A stretch of 64,000 nucleotides of DNA. Origin: a virus. Position 1 is the stretch's first letter, and the number at the start of each line of letters is the position of its first letter. Below the pieces are notes generated by a model. That model was not told the DNA's origin. It ran no database searches and saw only the letters and a list, made by a program, of their open reading frames with translations. Below are positions 20,364-29,675 of the stretch, one piece after another. The translations under genes and the position numbers were made by a program. The stretch lies in IMG/VR virus record IMGVR_UViG_3300005253_000017, positions 1 through 64,000 of that record. One strand, 5' to 3'.

Positions 20364-21362
20364 TCATACCACCAACGCCATTGCCTTATCGAACGCATCC
20401 TGCCGAATCTTCGCCGCCGTCCCGAACCACTCAGAATCAAGGCGACGTTCCGGCTTACTGCTATTCAGGTGACGATGAGTCAGAAACTCCGTCACGCTAT
20501 TATACGCTCCCCAGACCGTGCCTCTCACACCGTTCATCTGGGAGCCCTTACCACCACCCTCGAAGTTGTGGAGCAGCACGCCACGCTGTCTCGCTCGAAG
20601 GGTATTGTGCTTGGCCTCAGGATTATCCGGGAAGATATCACAGAAATATTCCTTGGCCCCGGTCAGCGTAATATCCTTCGCCGCCATGGCCCTATACTTC
20701 TCGCCTGTCTTGTCGAATACCTTATTGGCGATACCCAGAAGCTCCAGGGCATTGCTAAACTGCCATTTCAGGGAGCCAGCATGCCAGACTCGGGCCTGGA
20801 TTCCACCGCCCGACACAGCGGCCGTCAGCGTGTTGTTGCAGACTACCCTAATCGGCGTGAACATCATTCGGGCGGCCTCGGAACCGTCGTGAGTGGAGGT
20901 GACAAGCAGATACTTATCGGTAATGTCACCCTCAACTACCTCAATGCTGTTGGGCAATTTCACCAACACCCAGACTCTTCGGCCACCGTTGATGACGCCC
21001 GCCGTGTGGTAGATGGCGGCTCCCTCTTGGGTCAGCATCTCACCCACCTCAAACAACTCACGGTTCTGGATGGGAACATATCGGTCGGAAACGTCACCGA
21101 GGACATAGTCCTCCTCGCCGGGGTTCTTGTCTGACCTAACCACAGCATACCGGCCCGGAACCTTGAACACAGCCTGGCCAGACTTGCCCACGACGTACAT
21201 CTGGGACTTCTCGGCCAGCCAGTCCATGCCAGAGGCGATGATTGCCGCCTCCTTGTTGGGCACCTCGTCCAGGCCCACGCCCAGTCCATGCCAGGGCGGT
21301 CCATCCGCGTTGAGATACATCATACGGGCAACTCCATCGGTCCTGAAGTCTAACATGTGCAT
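20364..21362 (-). CDS. DUF932 (LGT_TIGR03299) phage/plasmid protein
   Basis: PPWHGLG, YVPIQNRE, GGRRVWVL, THDGS, TPIRVVCNNTL, GTVWGAYNSVTE. Confidence 0.9.
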   Translation of the reverse strand: MHMLDFRTDGVARMMYLNADGPPWHGLGVGLDEVPNKEAAIIASGMDWLAEKSQMYVVGKSGQAVFKVPGRYAVVRSDKNPGEEDYVLGDVSDRYVPIQNRELFEVGEMLTQEGAAIYHTAGVINGGRRVWVLVKLPNSIEVVEGDITDKYLLVTSTHDGSEAARMMFTPIRVVCNNTLTAAVSGGGIQARVWHAGSLKWQFSNALELLGIANKVFDKTGEKYRAMAAKDITLTGAKEYFCDIFPDNPEAKHNTLRARQRGVLLHNFEGGGKGSQMNGVRGTVWGAYNSVTEFLTHRHLNSSKPERRLDSEWFGTAAKIRQDAFDKAMALVV

Positions 21363-21377
21363 TTCATTTACCGCCTT

Positions 21378-21659
21378 TCAGTCCGTGATAAGGGCCACTA
21401 TCCCGACGATGACAAGCCCGATGAGTGCAATCGCCAGGACAGCGGCGACCGGCAGCCATAGGGGGCTGACCACCCACCACCACGACCATCCTATCACGCC
21501 GCACAGCTTCAGTATGATGAATAGGATTGTCAATACCGAACAAAAGCTTATGCTGATTTTGCTTTCACCGGCGCTCATCTCATTCTTCTCCCTATCAAAA
21601 TCCCTAACGTCATCATAACGCTTGATACTATAGCACTCGTCAAAAAAGTTATCCACCAA
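21378..21659 (-). CDS. Conserved phage membrane protein
   Basis: LTILFIILKLCGVIGWSWWWVVSPLW motif. Confidence 0.65.
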   Translation of the reverse strand: MVDNFFDECYSIKRYDDVRDFDREKNEMSAGESKISISFCSVLTILFIILKLCGVIGWSWWWVVSPLWLPVAAVLAIALIGLVIVGIVALITD

Positions 21660-21771
21660 TCACTCATTTTGAGTCTCCTTCAATAACTAAAGTACATCCA
21701 CATCCCTAAAACCACCCCCGACAAGCAGGCCAACAAAAAGCCGAAGTAGATTATTTTGCTCAGGTCCATTT

Positions 21772-24019
21772 TCATTCTCCTTCCGGCTTCCATGAAAACC
21801 ACTTGTCCTTAACAATGTGGCCAATCATCATGATTTCACCATAGGGGTCCTCGCGGATCACGCGAACGTGCGCTCCTGGTATCTCTTCCCACGAATCCAC
21901 CCCCAGCGTGTCCAGCAGCTCCCTTATCTTGTTCGCGAAGTAATTGTCGGGAAAACGACTGTCCACAGGTGGTCCCCCATCAAGGCGATAGGGGCAATTG
22001 TAGCTCTGGCCGCTACCGGAGAACTCCATCTGGATACTGGCAGTCAACAGGCCGTGGTGTTCGACGCCGAGCATTGTTCGCATGATTCTGCCATTCTCAA
22101 CGTGATGTTCTTTTGCTGGTTTCATCTCGTTCTCTTCTCTCTTTTACACTTTACATATGCTGCGGAAGAATCGGCTTACCAAACCACTCCTCATACAGCA
22201 CTTCATTCGCCTTCCCCTTCTCACTCCCATCGAACCCGGCCGACTCCTTCACGACGATCCGTTTCGGATATTCAGGGGTATCGAAGTGAATCTCGAACTC
22301 GCCGTCTAAGCTTCCATCCTCCCGCTCGTCGCCGGTAACAAATCCGACCTTTAACACATTTCCAGGGCTCAATTGAATTTTCATCTTTTTCTCCTTCTCT
22401 CTATTATACACCGGAAAAACAAGGATGGGAAATTTTCTTCAGAAAACTCCCCCAATTCATCCATTGCGTCAGACCGAGGGCCTGGGCTTGCTCCCGGTCA
22501 TAGACATCCTCGCCGTTCTCGTGCAGCACCACACACTCCTTGGCAAGGGGCCGGAACAGATATGGCTCCCGGCAGATTGGGCACCAGAAGTACCCGTTCC
22601 GCCACTCGATTGTTCTTGCTTGCTCATGCGCTTGTTTCATGGTTGTCTCCTTTTCAATAATCCAGTAAGGGCTAGGCGATTAGATAACGTCAAATATTGC
22701 AAACGGATCAGTTAGGATTCGCTTATTCTCGGCGTAGATTGCATTATCGTCTGGCAATTGTTGAAAATGAGTGTAGAGCTTCGCTAGCACAGGACGACGA
22801 AAGCCCCTTACGTCAATTATCAGTTTAGCACACATAGCACAGAGCGAATCACCCGTGGCGTACTTAGTGCCAGTTCGCCTGAGTTCTTTTGTGGCTTCTG
22901 CATAATTCATTTTCTTGTCTCCTAAATTACAGCAAGGACAGGCCGTTATGTTCGGCGTCCTGTTCTTCTTTGCCTGTGAGAAGATTGACCAGCTTGTCAG
23001 ACAATTCGGTCAATTGGTCCGGGCCAGAATACTCGACAGGACCGACATCCTCGACACGGGCGACCTCTTGCATGAGGTCCATCATTGCACCCACCAGCAA
23101 CTCAGCATCATCGGTATTCATCGTGACTTTCATGGTTGTCTCCTTCTTAGGCCAACACCACATTACGAAACCACTCAGCAAATTTCGTATCGTTCATGTC
23201 ATCTACGTTACTAACACCGGACAGATAGTTAGCGATACCGCTAACAGTCAAATCCACGATACCCTTATCACCGTTTAGTACGAACTCGAACAACGCCCCA
23301 TCATCATCTCGAAGATACTCAACTTCCTGCGTTGCTATCCAATTCCACACATCTTTCATCTCGTCGAGCGTTAGATAGCTCAACACTTCTTGAATTTTAT
23401 TCCTGTTCATTTCCTGTCTCCTATCAAAAGGTCTAAATCCGATACCGAACTATTCAATTGTAAGGTAAGGCTTAGGTTTGTCCGCGCTGTAAATACGGGA
23501 TAGCATCGTTAATACGCTGCTGAACACCTTCCCAGAATTGGTGAATAATTTCACGCCCTGTGCAGGGCCACCAACATGTCAGCCCTTGCTTGAATTCAGC
23601 GTCAAGGTTAGCTTTGGCAAGCTTGATTCCGCGAACATAGGCCCGCAGGGAAATTGCACGTTCGATTCCTGGACAGTAAATTGTGCGTGTCATAACTCCA
23701 TTCTCCTATCATCGACCGATTCGTCTTCTTCACTATCCTCAACTGCTCTGATCCTTGTCTCCTATTCTGCATCTGCCATTGCAAATTGAACTGTTTCATG
23801 CCAAGCGCTTGCCGCTTGATCAAAAAGGGGATAGGTTCTCAGGTCAGCAACCTCGCCACAATCTGCATCAAAGATACAAATCGCTCCCCTCATATCCTTG
23901 GAACGGTTTGCCTTGTACAGTTCATAGTCAAGTCCACCAATCCGAATTATGTTTTCCAAGGTAGACTCAAAACCCGCGATCCGTTGAACCTCGCCGATTG
24001 TCTTGATTCTTGCATTCAT
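21772..24019 (-). other. Cluster of small early-type genes with a shared AGGAGAC ribosome-binding leader
   Basis: ORFs 21772-22125, 22151-22411, 22404-22640, 22680-22910, 22927-23181, 23147-23410, 23472-23693, 23762-24019. Several are preceded by AGGAGACAA/AGGAGACAG; all lie downstream of the promoter near 24070. Confidence 0.6.
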
Positions 24020-24162
24020 GTCCTCATCTCCTAGTTCAAGGACCCTATTCGATTTTCACTCTATTACATTATACGCCCTATCAGGAAAAAGTAAACCCCT
24101 AAAATAAAAAAATCTGCCCCTTTTTTCTGTCCCACAACCCTTTGTAAACAAAGGACTTAGCC
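24010..24162 (-). promoter_or_regulatory. Promoter/leader module, copy 1 (copy 2 at 63824-63979)
   Basis: GGCTAAGTC..., GGGGTTTACT-16 nt-TATAAT, TAGAGTGAAAATCGAATA...CCTTGAACTAGGAGA..AGGACATGAAT. Confidence 0.75.
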
Positions 24163-24930
24163 AAACATCCCCTTGAGGGCCGCCGGTATACCGACCTTCC
24201 ATGTCCTCTCGGAACCCAGCCAACTGGGTGGAACGGCCCCCTTGAGCCCCCCATGGGCGTCCTCCACCACGTCGAGCAGCAGGGTTATCAACTGCCCCCT
24301 TGGTAGGGGCTTATCTTCCCGACCCTTCAGCCACTCCCCGGCCACCATGAAACTCTCGTAGTCCTGTCCAGGATTCTTCAGCCCGAACGCCTTACGCCCC
24401 AAGAACTTCTTGGCATAGGCGTTGGCTATCGCCAGGGTCAGGCCGGGGTCCTTATCGGGGAGCTTTTTCTTGCCATCCTTCGTCCACCAAAGCCCCACCC
24501 GTTTTGCATGGCAGTCGGTGACTTTCCGCAGGAATCCGCCGAGATGGGAATAGCCGTGGTTACGGCCCTCCCAGATATGGCGATCTTGGCGGCAGGCCTC
24601 GAAATAGCTCCCCATTCGCTCCAGCAGCTTTGACACACCCACCTCCTTGATCGCCTTCTTGAACACGCCGCCATGAGTGTCAACCTCGTCTATCGTAATG
24701 GGATTGTTCCTCGACTCCTGGACGGCCTCGTAACGGATGTACGGATGCTCGTTCCAGGCGTTGACCAGCGTGAGGACATCGGCATCCAGACGGGCCCCGG
24801 TTCCCTCGCCCCTTATAATCTCCGCCCTGCTCGCCTTGGTGGGAAGGATGATGAACGAGACGGGGGCACCGGAAGCAATCGCCTCCCTCTGGCTTTTTGT
24901 CAACTTGATCTTGATTTCGACCATCTTCAC
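24157..24930 (-). CDS. Hypothetical protein
   Basis: 257-aa ORF in the arm orientation, preceded by a GGGTATAAT motif at 24938-24947. Confidence 0.6.
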   Translation of the reverse strand: MKMVEIKIKLTKSQREAIASGAPVSFIILPTKASRAEIIRGEGTGARLDADVLTLVNAWNEHPYIRYEAVQESRNNPITIDEVDTHGGVFKKAIKEVGVSKLLERMGSYFEACRQDRHIWEGRNHGYSHLGGFLRKVTDCHAKRVGLWWTKDGKKKLPDKDPGLTLAIANAYAKKFLGRKAFGLKNPGQDYESFMVAGEWLKGREDKPLPRGQLITLLLDVVEDAHGGLKGAVPPSWLGSERTWKVGIPAALKGMFG

Positions 24931-24973
24931 CTCAGACCATTATACCCTGGGAGGTCAAATGTAAATATTTTTC

Positions 24974-25050
24974 GGGTGCAAAAGCTAGTATAATAATAGC
25001 TGTTTCTTCTTCTTCTGTTTCTTCTTCTTTATTATACTAGCAAAACACCC
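24974..25050. repeat. Inverted repeat at the arm divergence point
   Basis: GGGTGCAAAAGCTAGTATAATAA ... TTATTATACTAGCAAAACACCC, with a perfect 13-bp core flanking a CTT-rich spacer. Confidence 0.7.
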
Positions 25051-25885
25051 CTCCAAATGTTTGCTTTTCTTAGGTTTCGAGTAAATAATTCAACCGAAGA
25101 GCCTTAGCGGAATAGGGACTTATGAAAATGGCATTTCCCGATTTCTCGTCAAACGTTAATATTTGGCCGAATCTTTAGGAAATATTAACACTTTGGATGT
25201 TTGGGACTAGGAGAGGCTGAAAAATTTCTTGAGAAAATCCGTTGAAACGGGAGGCCGAGGGTATAATGGGATGAAGGCAAAAGACACTCGACAACTTGGA
25301 AAGGAGCAAACGATGCAAGGCAAAAAGACAGACGCCGGGAAACGCTGTAAGGTGGTAATCATGGATGACGATGATCAGAAAGTCCGCGATGCTATGCTGC
25401 TGGAGAAAGATGTCCGTGACGAATCGTGGTCGATATTTGTCTTTGATTGGAAGTGTGTGAGCTTTGCCTCGTACCCAGAAATTCTCGAAATTGGCGATTT
25501 TGTTGCCCCACGTTGAAAACCGACGTGTATAATGGAATAGGTAAGCTAGAAAGGAACACAATGATGAGAAGCAATGTAATTCGAGACCCTGAATTGGACC
25601 CCGAACCCGGAAATGAATCCGAGCCCGAATCAAAGGTGGAAATGGATTGGTGGCTTCGCAAGACTAAGAAGGGCTACATGGAAGTTTGGTGTAGAGAGCA
25701 TAACGATCCCGATGTAAAGTGGATCGTGATGACCATCGGTCCTGGGGGTGTCGCACTGGCGAATGATATCGTGGATGATATCGGTATCGCTAAAGATGAT
25801 GGAGATGCCATTGTCTCTCTCGGCGTTGATATCAACTACTACGGGTAACACAGAAGTTGCCGGACAGCTGATTGAAAACCGAATA

Positions 25886-26023
25886 TGAGAGGCGGCGGTA
25901 CAGGGAATGTGCCTGCGGTCATAAATCGGGTGGAAGAACCGCTCAATGCGTACTGGCCGTGAATAAAAGCCAGCCCGAATAAGAATGATTCGTCCTGTCG
26001 GTGAGAACCCGGCCTGTCTCTCA
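25886..26023 (+). ncRNA. Structured RNA with acceptor-like closing stem and T-arm-like hairpin
   Basis: TGAGAGGCGG/CTGTCTCTCA 10-bp closing stem, stacked directly on GTCGG(TGAGAAC)CCGGC. Confidence 0.55.
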
Positions 26024-26454
26024 AGTTTTTTGACGACCGAAAGGAAATGAAATGGATGAGTTCGAGGAAACCCGTGCTGTAATCAGCCTTCTTTGGAAGT
26101 TTATTCAACCTTCACCCGGTCAGCCTCCATTGGGATCGAAAGAATCCGATGAAAGAGAGATCGGCTATGGTGTGACGTATATGGCTGTTCGACTTGCCGC
26201 TATAGAAATGGGAGTCGATTACATCTCCCCACTATGAGGAAACGAAATGACCGATGACGAACTTAGAAAAAAGATAAGGAAAGACCCACTTGGGAATGGT
26301 GGGTACGCCACGAGGATTTGTCGAGGCTGTCACAACTACTTGACTGATCCAAGAGGGTAGCACCGATACGGCTAAGATTATAGATCGGTGTTCTGCATGC
26401 TTTGATGAGTAAACTCCAAGAATTCGTTTGATATTTGACAACCAAATAGGATAT

Positions 26455-27260
26455 ACCTGTCCGCGGTACGAGACAATCGTACGCCGACCCGAAGATACTA
26501 GGGTGAATGCTTCGCAAGGAGCGGTGTATCAATGCCGGATGAAAAGACCGGCCGGACAGGTTTTGATATAAGGCTCGCCTAAAGGCCATGACAACCGCAA
26601 GCCCAGTCCGTACCTGACGACCGATGTGGGCTGGCTCCGGCGATAAATTGTCAGGCTCTATTTCGCTGATTGGCCGATTGTCTTAGCGGGCAGAAAGGCT
26701 CGCCTTTCAATATACTGGATAGGCGGTGCGGGACAGCCGCACAGGCATCGGGGTTACTCGTTTGGGAACCACCCATTCCATAGGCTTGGGAACCACTCAT
26801 TCGATACTGCGCTCTGCTGCGTTACATGCCTGGGAAGGACAGGCCATATCCAGCGATACCCCGGTGGCCAGACAGGTGCAAGGTGTTTGGGATATACCAC
26901 CGGGGACTTGCGGCGGCCCAGGTACGAGCTGGGGCATGTGCACCGTTAACCGTACTACACACGGAAGCTAGGAGGTGCCAATCCTCCCCGCCGCTTTGAG
27001 CTAGCTGGTTAGAGCAGCAGTGGTCACAGCAGAGTGTGACAGGGTAAGGGAATGCATATAATAATCGTAACCCTTGCTGACCGATGGGATATAGACCCAC
27101 TAAGGGAGCCTCGAAACTCTCTGCTGCTTTCGGAATCGCAAGTTCGTATAACCACGAATAACTCAACATCGAAGACAAGGAGAATCGAGATGTCAAGTAG
27201 GCAACATTCCTCAGAAGATTGTTTCCGCGATTCCGGCCCGAAGGGCGTTCCTTCGGGAAA
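26455..27260 (+). ncRNA. Tandem array of ~7 closed-stem, tRNA-like structured RNA domains
   Basis: Closing stems ACCTGTCCG/CGGACAGGT, CTGGATA/TATCCAG, CCCCGGTGG/CCACCGGGG, GCGGCGG/CCGCCGC, AGAGCAGCA/TGCTGCTTT, CGGAATCGC/GCGATTCCG. Most have a 5-bp hairpin just before the 3' strand. No convincing ORF in the stretch. Confidence 0.65.
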
Positions 27261-27307
27261 TTTTAAAGACAAGTGATTCAGAGTGTATAATAGAGTAGGA
27301 GAATGAG

Positions 27308-27856
27308 ATGACAGACGATGAGAGAACGGCGTACATTGAGGCGTGCCCGGCGTTCGGGCTGGACGAGAAAGGTGAATCGGCATTCGATATGAGCACTGAG
27401 GAATGTCAGCTATGCGAACAGCAGGACCGAAACACGCACAATGCCTGTTGGGAAGAGTGGAAGCAGGCCAACCCGCCTCAGGCTCAAGAGGTAGGAGAAC
27501 CGCAGGTAAAAATGACTGTTGAAGATAATGGGGCCGAGATTCCCGAGGCCCCCAAACCTGAGAAGGAGAAGCAAGAAATGGCAGAGACAGAGAAAAAGAC
27601 GAAGGTGGTGAAGGAAACAAAGGAAAAGAAGATGTCTCAACTTGATGCCGCTGTGGTTATTCTTGGCGAAGCTGATGGACCTCTCAACTGCAAAGAGATG
27701 GTCAGCAGGATGGCTGAGAAGGGACTGTGGAGCAGTCCAAAGGGCAAGACACCAGCAGCAACTGTTAATGCTGCCATCATTCGTGAAATCAATAAGAAGG
27801 GCGATGAGTCTCGCTTTCGCAAAGTATCAAGAGGCATGTTCTCTCTGAATGGTTGA
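27308..27856 (+). CDS. Cys-rich N-terminus plus HARE-HTH winged-helix protein
   Basis: KMSQLDAAVVILGEADGPLNCKEMV...KGLWSSPKGKTPAATVNAAIIREINKKGDESRFRKVSRGMF. Confidence 0.75.
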   Translation: MTDDERTAYIEACPAFGLDEKGESAFDMSTEECQLCEQQDRNTHNACWEEWKQANPPQAQEVGEPQVKMTVEDNGAEIPEAPKPEKEKQEMAETEKKTKVVKETKEKKMSQLDAAVVILGEADGPLNCKEMVSRMAEKGLWSSPKGKTPAATVNAAIIREINKKGDESRFRKVSRGMFSLNG

Positions 27857-28604
27857 ATTGAAAGAAACATACCCTGAAATCCAATCCGTCCTCGACGGCG
27901 AGTCTAAGGGCTGCATCATCCAAGGTGATTGTCTCGACGTAATGAGGGAAATACCAGACGGGTGTGTCGATGCGGTGATAACTGATCCGCCGTATGGGAT
28001 TCCATTGGGGGCTGCGTTTGTCAGGGGTGGAACAAAACTAATTGAAGATGGATCGGGAAGTTTCAACGAGAACGGATCGTGGTCATGGCTCGCCGATCCC
28101 ACTTGGCTAAGAGCTGGCGGGAATATCGCAGCGTTCCACAAGCGGGGGGATGGTTTGCCATCGCATGTGCTCACATGGCATAAGTTTTATCTGGTCAAGG
28201 ATGCACCGCCGCCAACACCGCGGCCAGTGTTCGTCAGCGCCGTGGAAGAGTGTTCTATCGGCCGGAAACCCGGAAAGTCTCGATGGTTCGGCGGGGGATA
28301 TGTCCCGAATTATTGGCATGGTATGACGCCGAATCAGGCAAATAAGTCCCACGGACATCCATCGGAAAAGCCCTTGGTGGCAGTGAGTGTTCTTGTGGAT
28401 GCCTTATCTGATTCAGGTGACATCATCCTTGACCCCTTCTGCGGGTCTGGCACAACCTGTGTGGCAGCAAAGAAATTAGGCAGGAGATACATAGGTATTG
28501 ACATTGAACAAAAATACTGCGACATTGCCCGTGATCGCCTTCTCGGACTAGAAGGCAAGCGACTGGGCAGCCAGCACAAACACAAGGGATTCTTTGATGT
28601 ATAA
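27849..28604 (+). CDS. DNA methyltransferase, N6-A/N4-C, beta class
   Basis: GDCLDVM, ITDPPY, HPSEKP, ILDPFCGSGTT. Confidence 0.92.
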   Translation: MVELKETYPEIQSVLDGESKGCIIQGDCLDVMREIPDGCVDAVITDPPYGIPLGAAFVRGGTKLIEDGSGSFNENGSWSWLADPTWLRAGGNIAAFHKRGDGLPSHVLTWHKFYLVKDAPPPTPRPVFVSAVEECSIGRKPGKSRWFGGGYVPNYWHGMTPNQANKSHGHPSEKPLVAVSVLVDALSDSGDIILDPFCGSGTTCVAAKKLGRRYIGIDIEQKYCDIARDRLLGLEGKRLGSQHKHKGFFDV

Positions 28605-28622
28605 TAGACAAGGAGAACAAAG

Positions 28623-29675
28623 ATGAAACGAACAAAGCTGATTGAAGCAATGGAAAAGCTCTACCCCGCAGTCGCGACTAATCCCATACAAGAAGAGATG
28701 GGAGACTTTCGCGTATCGGGCAATACCCTCAGGGCCGCAGATGGCCTCATTATGGTACAGGTAAAGATGGACGAGGATACCGGCCTTGACTGCCGTGTGC
28801 CTGCCGCCCCGGTGTACAAGCTCTTGACGTCCTCCACGATGGACGAGATTGAGCTGTCTGCCAACGACGGCAAGCTAGTCGTAAAGGCCGACAAGCACAA
28901 GCTCCGGGGTTCCTACTCCATCCAGGAGGAGGCTCCGTACCTTGACGACCTAAAGTTTGACGTTGAGGAATGGCAAGACATCCCCAAGGGCATGATATCA
29001 GGCATCCGAATGTGCCGATTCGCCGCCTCCAAAGATGCGAGTCGCGGCGTGCTTCTCGGAATCCTGTTAGAAGGCAAGGACATCATAGCGGCGGACGGAT
29101 TCCGGATTGCACAGTACCAGATGGGCACAGATGTGGGAGGCCCATATGTTCTATCCCCAGAGTTGATTGCCCAGGTTGTCCACTACGGCGAGACGATAAC
29201 GGGCTGGGCAGTGGTTGACAATGTGGCCTACTTCAAGGTAGGCGACGATACAATAGTAGCTGGCCGATGTTTGGAGGGCCAATACCCACCGGCCAAGGAA
29301 TTCCTGCAGGAGGCAAAGACGCTGGATAAGACATTCGTACTGCCTGAGGAACTGGTAGAGGTCCTGAACCGCCATGACAAGCAGCTTACCGAGGTCGCCC
29401 TAGAAGACCGCGAAGTGACAGTTACCATCGACGGCGGAACCGTCAAGATATCGTCTACCGACGATGTAACATATGAGCTTGAGGAGACATTGGGCGAAGG
29501 GGATGGAGACGAGACAGATGGAGCAAAGCTGAAGTTCAGCATCACGCCTACGTTCTTGGCGCAGGTGCTCAAGGAGAGCCGCAAGATGCGGTTCGACGAC
29601 AAAAGTAAGTTCATCTGTTTCAAGTCCCGAGACGAAGGCAAATTCACATATTTGGCGACAGTCGAAAGACTATGA
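28623..29675 (+). CDS. dnaN: DNA polymerase sliding clamp (beta-clamp-like)
   Basis: 350 aa; FAASKDASRGVLLGI, IAADGFRIA, LEGQYP motifs of beta subunits. Confidence 0.8.
   Translation: MKRTKLIEAMEKLYPAVATNPIQEEMGDFRVSGNTLRAADGLIMVQVKMDEDTGLDCRVPAAPVYKLLTSSTMDEIELSANDGKLVVKADKHKLRGSYSIQEEAPYLDDLKFDVEEWQDIPKGMISGIRMCRFAASKDASRGVLLGILLEGKDIIAADGFRIAQYQMGTDVGGPYVLSPELIAQVVHYGETITGWAVVDNVAYFKVGDDTIVAGRCLEGQYPPAKEFLQEAKTLDKTFVLPEELVEVLNRHDKQLTEVALEDREVTVTIDGGTVKISSTDDVTYELEETLGEGDGDETDGAKLKFSITPTFLAQVLKESRKMRFDDKSKFICFKSRDEGKFTYLATVERL

Noticed and set aside
26762-26806. Possible CRISPR mini-array
   Set aside because: Only two 21-nt copies separated by 3 nt; no spacers and no cas genes.
26910-26994. 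Canonical tRNA gene
   Set aside because: Acceptor and T-stem geometry fit, but the T-loop is TGCCAAT and there is no proper D-arm, anticodon arm or CCA. Reported as tRNA-like instead.
26726-27276. ORFs 26726-26971, 26822-27196 and 27052-27276 as proteins
   Set aside because: No recognisable motifs, atypical composition and mutual overlap. RNA pairing explains the region better.
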